From positions 1 to 64,000 of the forward strand of contig JBFLZG010000122.1 in NCBI GenBank assembly GCA_040756235.1: a stretch of 64,000 bases of DNA, read 5' to 3'. Both the position numbers and the translations under genes were made by a program. Positions 10,391 to 19,489 of this stretch are shown piece after piece; the first letter of the stretch is position 1, and each line of letters opens with the position of its first letter. This DNA is from a bacterium. GTDB taxonomy: Bacteria > Desulfobacterota > DSWW01. The notes under the pieces are model-generated. The model did not search any database. It had not been told where the DNA came from and saw nothing but the letters and a program-made list of their open reading frames with translations.

Positions 10391-12214
10391 ATGCAAGGGT
10401 TGCTGATCATTCTGCTGGCCATCGGCTGCATCGTGATCCCCATCGTCTACCAGGCTTCGGTCATGGTGCAGATCGTCTGCGCGACTTTCGGCATCATGGT
10501 CCTGATCGTCGCGGGCATCGTCGTGACGATCACCAAGCTCTATCGCAAGACGAGCGCGAACGAAGCCTTCGTGCGCACCGGCATGGGCGGGATGAAGGTC
10601 ATCATGGACGGCGGGGCGCTCTACATTCCGGTCATCCACAAGATCGTGCCGGTTTCACTCGAGTCGATGAAGCTGGCCGTGAACCGCACGAACGAAGAAG
10701 CCATGATCACCCGGGACAGCCTCCGGGTCGACATCGAGGCCGAGTTCTACATCAAGGTGAACGCCAACAAGGAGGACGTCGTCAACGCGGCCCGGGCCCT
10801 GGGCGACAAGGCCGTGAGCGCGGAGAACGTCTCGAGCCTGGTCTTCGAGAAGCTGGTCTCGGCCCTGCGCTCCGTGGCCGCGACCAAGGACCTGATCGAG
10901 CTCCAGTCCAAGCGCATCGAGTTCGCCGATTCGGTCCTCGAGGCGTGCAAGCACGACCTCGCGCAGAACGGGCTGACCCTCGAGACCGTGACCATCTCCA
11001 AGCTGGACCAGACGGACCCGACCAATCTGTCGGACAGCAACATCTTCGACGCTCAAGGAAAGCGCAAGATCGCCGAGATCACCCAGGAGGCCAACGTCCG
11101 GAGAAACGAGATCGAGAAGGCGGCCCAGCAGGCCATCGAGAACAAGAACGTCGAGACCACCAAGGCGATCCTGAACCTCCAGCTCGATCAGAAGCGGGCC
11201 GAGGCCGAGCAGCAGCGGGATGTCAAGGTGGCACAGGCCGAGGCGAACAAGGCCTCCGAGATCTTCCGCATCCAACAGGAGCAGGAAGTGCAGATGCGGG
11301 ACATCGAGCGGAACCGGACCATCCAGGAGGGCGCGGTCGCTCAGCAGAAAGTGGTGGAGACGGCCACGGTCGAGAAGGAGAAGACGGTCGAGGTGACCCA
11401 ACGGAACAAGGAGATCGCGGTGGCCAACGCCGAGCAGCAGAAGGCCGAGGCCGAGAAGAACAAGCTCCTCGCCCGGGTCGAGCAGGAAAAGGCGAACCAG
11501 GAGGTCATGAACGTAGAGAAGATCCGCAACGCTCAGCGCGAAGCCGACATGCGGCTCGTCGACGCCAAGATGGAGATCGAGAAGCAGAAGCTCAACCAGC
11601 AGATGCACGCGGACGTGGAGGCCTACAAGCAGGTGAAGATCGCAGAAGGCCAGAAGCTCGCCGCCCAGAACGAGGCCGAGGCGATCATCCGGAAAGCGGA
11701 GGCCGAGAAGCAGGCCAAGGTCCTGGCGGCCGAGGGCGAACGGGCCAGGCAGATCGTGCCGGTGGACGTGTCCCGGGAGCAGGTGAGCGTGAACGCCGCT
11801 CAGGTCGAGGTGGACCGCAAGGCCATGGAGTACAAGGCCACCTACGAGCGGGTCTCGGTGGAGTTCGAGCTGTCCAAGAAGCGGATCGATGTGGAAGGGG
11901 GCGTGAAGAAGGCCTTTGCCGAGGCGCTGGGCACGATGTTCTCCCATGGACGGATGAACATCTTCGGCGACCCCACCACCCTTTCGAAGATGACCTCCAT
12001 GTTCATGCAGGCGGCAGGTTTCGGCATGGCCATGCAGGGCCTGAGCGAGGCCGTCCCCGAGGAAGTGAAGGCGGCAGCAGGCAAAGCCGCGGACGGGGCG
12101 GGGGCGGTCCTCAAAGACCTGGCGGAGAAACTGGCAGCCACCAAGGCCGAGAGCGTGCCCCCGGTTCCCGGGACCCAGGAGGGCGGCGGCACGGGCGGAC
12201 CCGCGGTCGCCTGA
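10391..12214 (+). CDS. yqiK: Flotillin-like SPFH/Band 7 protein (YqiK family)
   Basis: ATG 10391 is aa 168 of ORF 9890..12214. N-terminal TM segment, then the SPFH domain (ALYIPVIHKIVPVSLESMKLAV...), a long EA/KQ-rich coiled-coil 'flotillin' region, and a Gly/Ala C-terminal tail. Confidence 0.8.
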   Translation: MQGLLIILLAIGCIVIPIVYQASVMVQIVCATFGIMVLIVAGIVVTITKLYRKTSANEAFVRTGMGGMKVIMDGGALYIPVIHKIVPVSLESMKLAVNRTNEEAMITRDSLRVDIEAEFYIKVNANKEDVVNAARALGDKAVSAENVSSLVFEKLVSALRSVAATKDLIELQSKRIEFADSVLEACKHDLAQNGLTLETVTISKLDQTDPTNLSDSNIFDAQGKRKIAEITQEANVRRNEIEKAAQQAIENKNVETTKAILNLQLDQKRAEAEQQRDVKVAQAEANKASEIFRIQQEQEVQMRDIERNRTIQEGAVAQQKVVETATVEKEKTVEVTQRNKEIAVANAEQQKAEAEKNKLLARVEQEKANQEVMNVEKIRNAQREADMRLVDAKMEIEKQKLNQQMHADVEAYKQVKIAEGQKLAAQNEAEAIIRKAEAEKQAKVLAAEGERARQIVPVDVSREQVSVNAAQVEVDRKAMEYKATYERVSVEFELSKKRIDVEGGVKKAFAEALGTMFSHGRMNIFGDPTTLSKMTSMFMQAAGFGMAMQGLSEAVPEEVKAAAGKAADGAGAVLKDLAEKLAATKAESVPPVPGTQEGGGTGGPAVA

Positions 12215-12885
12215 CCCACCCGCCGCTCTCGAGGCTTTTGAAATCCGAGCGCAAATGTCGAGGGCATGCCTCGGCGAGTTCATGCACGGGGAGGGCTGTT
12301 ACTCGGAAGTAGTCCGTGAAGCCCAGGAGTGGTCGAGCTTCTCCTGAGAGGCGTGTTGCGCTTTCTGGGCATTGAAGTGCCTTAGTACATGTCTGCGTAA
12401 ATACGCTAACGTATTTGTGTGCGGGAGCGAGCTGGCGATGATGCTGCCAATGCCCGATTTTGCGAGGAGGCTTTGCGACGTGGCAACCCCCCTGTTTCGG
12501 GGGATCGCCACGCTCGCGACTCTGAATCCGCGGTAATCCCGAGGCGCCGGGGCTCGCTCGCGACATCTGGCTCTTGCAGGCCGTCCGTTGCCACGTCTCC
12601 TCTCGCAGACCGGCCGCACCGGTCGGCGGAGTATGTTACCGAACTTATGAACCAGTGTACTTAGCACTCCGTTTCGCAAGGCGCCGCATTTATCAAACTG
12701 ATAGGACACCGTCGAAAAATAGAATCATTTCGAGAATTCCGCACCAGAGGTCAACAGGTAAGCTCCCGATACTCCTGGATTTCGCCCCTGGCACAGCTCT
12801 TGAGTACTACCTTCGACCAGGCATTCTCCGGCCGCCCTCCTCAGGTCGGCCAGAGCTTCGTTCATACCGTCATCGGGACGCCGAA

Positions 12886-13065
12886 ATGAAAGCACACGAG
12901 CTCTACTTGAGGTCCAAGCAGGTCGCCCACATCCTGGACTGCAGCCCTGATGACGTGATCGATCTCGCCCGCAAGGGTAAGCTGCGAGCCGTCAAGGTGG
13001 GCAGGTTTTGGAGATTCAACCGGAACGACGTGATGACGTACCAGAAGGGCATGACCAAGAAATAG
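12886..13065 (+). CDS. Excisionase-family (HTH_17/MerR-like) DNA-binding protein, 59 aa
   Basis: MKAHELYLRSKQVAHILDCSPDDVIDLARKGKLRAVKVGRFWRFNRNDV matches the excisionase/AlpA-type HTH (...VKVGRxWRF...). It follows a 670-bp lower-GC non-coding stretch. Confidence 0.6.
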   Translation: MKAHELYLRSKQVAHILDCSPDDVIDLARKGKLRAVKVGRFWRFNRNDVMTYQKGMTKK

Positions 13066-13239
13066 ATCGCTTCCGCTCATTCCCGGTTTCGCTGTGGAGG
13101 CGGGTCCTTCGGCCGCAGGCTCGGTTGCTCGGCCGGCAGGGCGCGCCCCGCGGAAGTCTTGGAGGGAAAGGCCCTGGGGAGTGGCTTGTTGGTGGGTGCG
13201 GGGGCAACGTAGAGCTTTGATCAACCCGGGATCGCGGCC

Positions 13240-13446
13240 ATGGGGATCCTGATCGCCGTTGCCGGAGCGTTGCTCACCTCGTTGAGCGTTCTCCTGATTG
13301 GAGCCTGCCTCAAGAAGGCGGCCGCGAGGGATGCCGGCATCCGCAGCGCCCGGAGTCTCGTTCCCAGGTGGATGGTCGCAGCGGGTCTTCTCGGGCTCGC
13401 CACCTTCCTGGCCGGCTTGATCATTACATTTGGCAATCTCGTCTGA
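13240..13446 (+). CDS. Small membrane protein, 68 aa, two TM helices (hypothetical)
   Basis: MGILIAVAGALLTSLSVLLIGACLKK...VAAGLLGLATFLAGLIITFGNLV. Clean hydrophobic spans; no homology recognised. Confidence 0.3.
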   Translation: MGILIAVAGALLTSLSVLLIGACLKKAAARDAGIRSARSLVPRWMVAAGLLGLATFLAGLIITFGNLV

Positions 13447-13593
13447 CGGCGCGGGTTCCGCCAGAGGCAGATTTTCTTCCCGGGGCATGCGAAGCGACAC
13501 TACTTCCCGTTGTGCTCGAGACCGGCGAGCACGCCTTCTCCAGCCGTCGGCCGCGAGCCGGCTCGCTCGGTCGCGGGTCCATTTCTCGCTCCG

Positions 13594-13818
13594 GAGCCCC
13601 GACCTCATGGGGCTGTGGACGATCACGCCGGTCGCGTGCTCCAGGCGCCAGGGGATTTCGGAAGCAGCGACTTCGCGGTGAATGAGCGAGAACGGAGGCT
13701 GGAGCGAATCCACGTGGCGCGCCTTCTCGCAGCGTTCGAGCAGCGGCACGTCGAAGTTGGAGACTCCGGCCCACCGCACCTTGCCTTCATCCACGAGCCG
13801 CGCCATCTCCCCAATGCC
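13594..13818 (-). pseudogene. Aldo/keto reductase family remnant (internal ~75-aa fragment only)
   Basis: Within minus ORF 12862..14238, aa 141-215 read GIGEMARLVDEGKVRWAGVSNFDVPLLERCEKARHVDSLQPPFSLIHREVAASEIPWRLEHATGVIVHSPMRSGLL. This matches the AKR core (…GKIRxIGVSNF…, …YSPLxxGLL). Flanking sequence in all frames is non-AKR, and the BatD-like gene occupies the expected N-terminal region. Confidence 0.6.
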
Positions 13819-14055
13819 CCGTGAAAGCGGAGGCCGGCACGGACTGCCCCGGCGTTCCCGCGCAATCTGACATTCGTTGGGATGAGACCGGCCGTGCCGA
13901 AGTTGCCTCACCGCCAGGCAGCCATGGCTCGTCGGCTGATCCCTTCGGAGGGGCCCTTCATCTAACAGAGGGTCCGCTGGCGTTGCCTGCGGGCGGAGCC
14001 GATGAGGCTTGCGCTTTTGCGCGAACCCTCCTGAGGTCGGCGAAGGGCAGACGGA

Positions 14056-15888
14056 TTGCGTGAAAGACACTTGAATCTCTCTGTGGCGGGTCTTCTCGCG
14101 GGGCTCCTGCTCGCGTTTTTCGCGGCACCGCCGGCCGGGGCGCTGGAGGTCCGATCCTTTGTGGACAAGACCGAGGCCACGCTTCGAGATCAGATCGTCC
14201 TGACCGTATCGATCATCGCGGACCGCGAGGCGTCCCACCGGCCGGAGCTGCCTGCGATTCGCGATTTCCAGGTCCTCGAGAAAGGAAGCTTCCCCCGCAC
14301 CGAGATGGTGAAGGGCGAGATCCGCACCTCCACGGATTTCGTCTATCTGCTCCTGCCCCGGCGCGCCGGCACCTTCGTGATCGGTCCGGTCCGGGTCCGG
14401 GACAAGGACGAGGTCCAGCAGACCGCCTCGATACGGGTCAGGATCTCCCCATCAGCCTCCCCCGCGACCGAAAAGCCGGAGGCGTTCATCCGGCAGGAGG
14501 TGGACATCAGCCGGCCGTACGTGAACGAGCAGGTCGTTTACAAACTGCAGTTCTTCCACAAGGTCCACGTCATGGACGTTCAGTGGGATCCTCCGTCATT
14601 CGAAGGGTTCTGGGTCGAGGACCTGGGCGAGGAGAGCCGGCACGACCAGGTCGTGGGCGGAGAAATGTACGTGGTCACGGAGCTCAGGAAGGCCCTTTTC
14701 CCGCTGTCCCCCGGCGCCCTCGAGATCGACGGCAGCTCTCTGACCTGCAGACTCTCTCTTCGGAGAAGGGCGGGTCTGGGGCCCGAGAGCCTTTTCGGCA
14801 ACCGTCCCTTCAGGACCTATGCTCCGGATGCGCGAGACGCGGTGACGCAGCGCCTGCACGCGGATCGGATCCGGCTCGAGGTTCGCCCCCTGCCGGAATC
14901 CGGGCGGCCCGCCCACTTTTCCGGGCTGGTCGGGGTCTTCGGAATCCGGGCGGAGATCGGGCACGAGCGCCTGCGGGTGGGCGACTCCACCACGCTCACC
15001 GTCACGGTTGCAGGCCACGGAAACTTGTGGGACCTTGCGGCCGTTGCACCCGAGACGCTCGACGGCTTCAAGATCTACCCCGAGAAACCGGAGCTGGCGC
15101 TCGAGCATCGGCAAGACGACATCGAAGGGTTCAGGGTCTTCAAGCAATCCCTGGTGCCTCTGAGCAAGGGATCTCGCGAGGTCCCGGCAATCGAGCTCCA
15201 TTACTTCGACCCGGCGGCCGGGAGCTATCGCGTCGCCAGCACCCGGCCCATCCGCATCGCTGTCGACGCCCCCCTGGAAGCCGCCGAAGACCTTGGGCAT
15301 TCAGGAGCTCGATCCGCAGACGCCCGCGGAACGGCCGTCCGCCAGGTGGGCAAGGACATCCTGCCCATTCATACCGGCCTGCCCGGAGGCGGAACGCAGA
15401 TCCTTTCCTCCGGCCTGTTGCGAAGCTGCATGGCGGGCTTCCTCGTCCCGCCTGCGGCCGTCCTGACCTGCTATGGGCTGAAAGTCAGGAGGACACGCCA
15501 GGAGGTCAGCCGCAATCTGGCGCGCAGGAGGGGCGCCCGCAAGAGAGCGCAGGAGAGACTGAAGCAGGCCGGAAGAGGGCTGGATGGCTCGGGGGGCGGC
15601 CGGTTTCTGTGGCAGGTCTCGCAGAGCCTGAAGGGTTTCCTCGCCGACAGGCTCGACGTCGCCGCCTTTTCCTGGACCCCGGCGGAAGTCTGCGCGTGCC
15701 TCATGTCCCAGGGAGTCGACCCGAATACGGCCGGCTCCGTGCGGGAGCTGCTGGAAGTGATCGAGGGGCTCGAGTTCGGTGCCGTCGACCAGGGCGCATT
15801 GGAGCGGGGAGCGATGTACGGGCTGTACAGAAAGGCGGCGGAGATGCTCGAGCGGATGGACCGGAGCCTGCGAAGCGCGGGACGATGA
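14056..15888 (+). CDS. BatD-like exported protein (oxygen-tolerance/BatD family candidate)
   Basis: Signal peptide (LLAGLLLAFFAAPPAGALE), ~420 aa of beta-rich repeats, then a C-terminal TM segment (GFLVPPAAVLTCYGL) followed by a basic RRR/KR-rich cytoplasmic tail. This is the BatD architecture. No batA/B/C genes are nearby. Confidence 0.4.
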   Translation: MRERHLNLSVAGLLAGLLLAFFAAPPAGALEVRSFVDKTEATLRDQIVLTVSIIADREASHRPELPAIRDFQVLEKGSFPRTEMVKGEIRTSTDFVYLLLPRRAGTFVIGPVRVRDKDEVQQTASIRVRISPSASPATEKPEAFIRQEVDISRPYVNEQVVYKLQFFHKVHVMDVQWDPPSFEGFWVEDLGEESRHDQVVGGEMYVVTELRKALFPLSPGALEIDGSSLTCRLSLRRRAGLGPESLFGNRPFRTYAPDARDAVTQRLHADRIRLEVRPLPESGRPAHFSGLVGVFGIRAEIGHERLRVGDSTTLTVTVAGHGNLWDLAAVAPETLDGFKIYPEKPELALEHRQDDIEGFRVFKQSLVPLSKGSREVPAIELHYFDPAAGSYRVASTRPIRIAVDAPLEAAEDLGHSGARSADARGTAVRQVGKDILPIHTGLPGGGTQILSSGLLRSCMAGFLVPPAAVLTCYGLKVRRTRQEVSRNLARRRGARKRAQERLKQAGRGLDGSGGGRFLWQVSQSLKGFLADRLDVAAFSWTPAEVCACLMSQGVDPNTAGSVRELLEVIEGLEFGAVDQGALERGAMYGLYRKAAEMLERMDRSLRSAGR

Positions 15889-16008
15889 TCCCTGCCGGGC
15901 GCTGCCCGCGCCCGGCTGCCCGGCCCTCGGGACCCTTCTCCCTGCAACTTCGGGATGGTTCGGGACTCAAACTTTCGAGTGCAACGGAAATCGAAAGGAG
16001 CCGAAATC

Positions 16009-16263
16009 GTGGAGCAGAAGACAGGAACGGCCGCGACGCTCGCCCTTGCCGCCGCCGTATCGAGCTATCTGGTCACCTTCTCGGGCCACCCGGGATGGGG
16101 ACTTCTGGCCTCACTTGTCGCGGTGCCGCTGGGGGCCTTCGGCTTTGCCATGGCCGCCTCGCCGCGCGTCAGCGGAGGGGTGCTGAGCATCGTCTCGATC
16201 GTTCTGGGGATCGGCGCCTTCGGCATTTCCGTCCTGGGGATGATCGGGGCCATCGTCCTTTGA
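16009..16263 (+). CDS. Small membrane protein, 84 aa (hypothetical)
   Basis: GTG at 16009 is preceded by AAAGGAG. Three hydrophobic helices rich in Gly/Ala. Confidence 0.4.
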   Translation: MEQKTGTAATLALAAAVSSYLVTFSGHPGWGLLASLVAVPLGAFGFAMAASPRVSGGVLSIVSIVLGIGAFGISVLGMIGAIVL

Positions 16264-16404
16264 ACGGGCCGCCCCAGTCCCGTTGTGACCGAATGTAGGC
16301 CTTCCGTGGCGGATTCGGCCCTCGGCCCGGAATCCGGCGTATCCGGAACTTGCGAATTGCTGTACGAATACGAAGGCATGAACAAATGCTGCATCCGGCT
16401 GCAG

Positions 16405-16510
16405 CCCCCTCACCCTGGCCCTGTCCCCCAAAAGGGGGCGAGGGGATTGCTCGGTCGCCTCTCTCCTCTCCCCTCCGAGGGGAGAGGATCAAGGTGAGGG
16501 GTGGCCATTG
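16405..16510. repeat. Palindromic repeat family B copy (ccctcaccc...ctctcccctcNgaggggagag...gggtgaggg)
   Basis: Nested inverted repeats. Related copies are at 28681-28800 and 29757-29856. It lies downstream of astB. Confidence 0.65.
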
Positions 16511-16579
16511 GTCTCGCCACCCCATGCGTTTGCATCAAGAGCGTTGAAAACTCGCTCCAGGCAGGCTGTAGAAAACCTG

Positions 16580-17959
16580 CTACCCCGCCTCCCGTTGAAA
16601 TCGGTAAATCGAGCCGAGTCCCAGTATCCCGCTCAGCTCGTCCAGAGCCCGGCGGCTCTCTTCGATGAGGGAAGGGTCGAGGAGGTCCTCGATCCCGAGC
16701 GATTCGCGGTAGTGGGTCTCCACCCAGCGCGCGAGTCGGCGGCAAAGAGCATCGGTGACGCGGACTCCGGGCAGACATCCGTCGAGCTCTTCGGCCGTGA
16801 GCACCACCCGCAGCCTGAGACAGGCGGGCCCTCCGCCGTTGCGCATGCTTTCGCCCAGATCCACGAACCGGACCGAAGAGATCGGATTGGGATCCGACAC
16901 GAGGCGCTCGATGCAGGCCAGGGCCCGAGGCGTTGCGCGGCACTCGCTCGGCGCGACCAGACACCGCGACCCGTCCGGCAGGGTGACCAGCTGGCTGTTG
17001 AAAAGGTAGGAGCGGACCGCCTCTTCGAGGGAGAGCTCGCCGGCGCCGACCTTCACGGAGACGAGCTCTCGCCCGCAGCAATCGGCCAGCGCCCCGGCCA
17101 TGTCCTCCATGGCTCTGCCGTTGTCATCGAAGGCGAGCTCATGGTGCAGGATGAGGTCGCGGTCAGCCACGGCGACGACGTCGTTGTGGAAGGCTCCGGC
17201 GTCGATCGCGTCGGCATTCTGGCGCACGAACAGCGCGCATCGGCCCTCGAGCCCGTGAAGGCGCCCCACCGCGCGGGAGGCCTCCAGGGTCTGGCGTGCC
17301 GGGAAGCGCCGGGGGAGCCGGCCGGGCCGCAGGGCGCTCGAGCCGTAGACGAACACCTCGACGCCCCGGCCGCCGTGCTCGGCTGAGAGCCGCATCTGGT
17401 TGGCGGCGCCTTCGTCCGCAAGCTCGAGGCTCGCCGGAAGAGGATCGTGGACCACGAAGCGGGCGGGGTCGGCAAAGATCAGCCTGAGAACCCGGGCCGT
17501 GAAGCCGGCCTCCAGCGCTCGATGAAACTGGCCGACGAGGTTGGCCGGGGTGATGTGGACCCGGCCGTCCGAGGTGTCCGAGCCGGGCGAGACGGTCGCG
17601 GCGTTGGCTGCCCACATGCTCGAGGAGCTGAAGCAGGCCGCCAGCAGGTGCGGTGCGTCCCGGCCGGCCGCGCCGAGGACCCGCTCGTCGCTCCCGGAAA
17701 AACCCAGCCGCCGGAGCGCCTCCAGGTCCGGGCGCTCGTGAGGAGGCAGAACGGCCTGCTCCAGGCCGAGGCTGCGGAGCAAACGGACGTTCTCCAATAT
17801 CTGCAGGGCCGCCTCCCTGGGGCTGGAGATCCGGCCCCGGTGGAGCATGGAGGCCAGGTTGCCGAAAGCCAGCCCTGCGTGCGTGTGCGTCGGCCCCGGC
17901 AGTCCCTGGAGGTGGACCTCCTCGGCTCGAGCGGCCTCCGCTTTCACTTCCCCGTTCAC
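16580..17959 (-). CDS. astB: N-succinylarginine dihydrolase
   Basis: N-terminus EVHLQGLPGPTHTHAGLAFGNLAS matches AstB (…[20 protein letters not shown]…). It is ~459 aa and shares a 4-nt overlap with the astD stop. Confidence 0.8.
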   Translation of the reverse strand: MNGEVKAEAARAEEVHLQGLPGPTHTHAGLAFGNLASMLHRGRISSPREAALQILENVRLLRSLGLEQAVLPPHERPDLEALRRLGFSGSDERVLGAAGRDAPHLLAACFSSSSMWAANAATVSPGSDTSDGRVHITPANLVGQFHRALEAGFTARVLRLIFADPARFVVHDPLPASLELADEGAANQMRLSAEHGGRGVEVFVYGSSALRPGRLPRRFPARQTLEASRAVGRLHGLEGRCALFVRQNADAIDAGAFHNDVVAVADRDLILHHELAFDDNGRAMEDMAGALADCCGRELVSVKVGAGELSLEEAVRSYLFNSQLVTLPDGSRCLVAPSECRATPRALACIERLVSDPNPISSVRFVDLGESMRNGGGPACLRLRVVLTAEELDGCLPGVRVTDALCRRLARWVETHYRESLGIEDLLDPSLIEESRRALDELSGILGLGSIYRFQREAG

Positions 17960-19422
17960 AGCGCGATCCCCGGCACGGGCCGAACCGGCGCCTCGAGGGC
18001 ATCGACCTCCACGGAGGCGACCGGATAGGAGCAGTAGTCTGCGGCGAAGTAGCCGCTCGGCCGGTGGTTGCCGCTCCGGCCCACGCCTCCGAAGGGAAGG
18101 CTCCCGCTCGGCCCTGTGGTCGGCCGGTTCCAGCTCAAGACGCCGGCCCGCACCCGGCGGCAGAACGCATCGTAAAGCTCTCTGCGCTCCGACAGCAGGC
18201 CCGCGGTCAGACCGTACGCGGTATGGTTGGCTTCCTCGATCAGCGCATCGAAGTCCCGCACGCGCACGACCTGCAGCAGAGGACCGAAGATCTCCTCGTC
18301 GGGCCGTTCGCGAGCTTCGGTCACGTCCAGGATTCCGGGGGCCAGCAGGCCGCCTTTCTTTCGCAGGAGGCGCATGGGGAGCAGAGGCCGGCCGCCCTGG
18401 CGGAGCAGCCGGTCCTGGGCTGCCAGGAGGTCGAAAGCCGCCTCCGGTGTGATCACCGGCCCCATGAAAGGCTCGGGATCATCCTGCCATGGACCCACGC
18501 GAACGGATTGCGTCATGTCCAGTAGGCGCTCCAGGAAGCGGTCGCCTGCGGCGTCGTCCGCCACGATCAGCCGCCGCGCGCAACTGCACCGCTGGCCGGA
18601 AGTGATGAAGGCGGACAGAATCGTCGCGTAGGCCGCCGCCCCGGGGTCGTCGGGCGCCCAGACCGCAAGGGGGTTGTTCCCGCCCATCTCGAGAGCCAGC
18701 ATTCGCCCCGGCGTCTGCGCGACGAGCCGCGAGAGGGCCTGGCCCGCGGCAAAGCTGCCGGTGAACAGGAGACCGTCGATCCCGGAGTGCGCGGCCAGGA
18801 GGCCGCCGGTCGCCCGGCCTCCCTGCACCATGTTGAAGACGCCGGCCGGAAGCCCGGCGCGCTCCCAGATCCGGGCCAGCTCTTCGCCTGCCAGGGGAGT
18901 CTTCTCGCTCGGTTTGAAGACCACGGCGTTTCCCGCGAGCAGGGCGGGAACGATGTGGGCGTTGGGCAGGTGCCCCGGCAGGTTGAAAGGGCCGAGCACG
19001 GCCAGGACGCCGTGCGGCTTGTAGCGTGTGGCCAGGGTGGTCGTTCCGGCCTGCGTGCACCGAGGAGACCGGCGCTCCCGGATCGCGCGGATCGAGCTCC
19101 CGATCTTGCCCGCCATGGCCTCGATCTCGGTCCGCGACTCCCACAGGGGCTTGCCCGCGTCACGGCAGAGAACCCGGGCGAAGGCATCCGACTGGTCGGC
19201 GAGGGCTTGGCCGAAACGCTCGATCCGCTCGACCCTCGCCTCGAGGGAGAGGGCCGCCCAGTTCTCCGACGCCCGGCGTGCGGCCCGGACAGCGGCATCC
19301 ACGTCCCGGGAGTCGGCCGCAGCACCCTGCCAGAGGGTCTCGCCGGAAGCCGGGTCTTCGGAGGACAGCTCGGGGCCCCGCCCGGGCACCCAGGACCCGC
19401 CGATGTAATGAACCGCGTCCAT
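17956..19422 (-). CDS. astD: Succinylglutamate-semialdehyde dehydrogenase
   Basis: Aldehyde dehydrogenase fold (FTGSFAAGQAL, catalytic ...GQRCSCARRL..., EEIFGPLL). 488 aa. Position and size match AstD. Confidence 0.75.
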   Translation of the reverse strand: MDAVHYIGGSWVPGRGPELSSEDPASGETLWQGAAADSRDVDAAVRAARRASENWAALSLEARVERIERFGQALADQSDAFARVLCRDAGKPLWESRTEIEAMAGKIGSSIRAIRERRSPRCTQAGTTTLATRYKPHGVLAVLGPFNLPGHLPNAHIVPALLAGNAVVFKPSEKTPLAGEELARIWERAGLPAGVFNMVQGGRATGGLLAAHSGIDGLLFTGSFAAGQALSRLVAQTPGRMLALEMGGNNPLAVWAPDDPGAAAYATILSAFITSGQRCSCARRLIVADDAAGDRFLERLLDMTQSVRVGPWQDDPEPFMGPVITPEAAFDLLAAQDRLLRQGGRPLLPMRLLRKKGGLLAPGILDVTEARERPDEEIFGPLLQVVRVRDFDALIEEANHTAYGLTAGLLSERRELYDAFCRRVRAGVLSWNRPTTGPSGSLPFGGVGRSGNHRPSGYFAADYCSYPVASVEVDALEAPVRPVPGIAL

Positions 19423-19453
19423 GTGTTCCGTGTCTCCGTTCGCCTTGCGTCAG

Positions 19454-19489
19454 GCGCAACGCCGCAGATGGCCGTTTATCGACAGCCTC
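19454..19489. repeat. 36-bp repeat family C copy (gcgcaacgccgcagatggccgtttatcgacagcctc) in the astA-astD spacer
   Basis: Near-identical copies at 25221-25256, 29685-29720 and a diverged one at 28624-28657. Confidence 0.7.

Noticed and set aside
10183-12312. 709-aa plus-frame ORF and 542-aa minus ORF (10655..12283) overlapping the flotillin gene
   Set aside because: Repetitive RG/RGD-rich or Leu/Gly-rich translations with no domain. The flotillin frame has clear SPFH and coiled-coil features.
12862-14238. 458-aa minus ORF spanning the excisionase gene, the AKR remnant and the BatD start
   Set aside because: Only residues ~141-215 are protein-like (the AKR core). The rest is frame noise overlapping real genes on the plus strand. 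I kept the AKR fragment as a pseudogene only.
14583-16298. 571-aa plus ORF in an alternative frame of the BatD-like gene
   Set aside because: Extreme Arg/Gly/Pro composition with no hydrophobic core pattern, which marks it as a shadow ORF.
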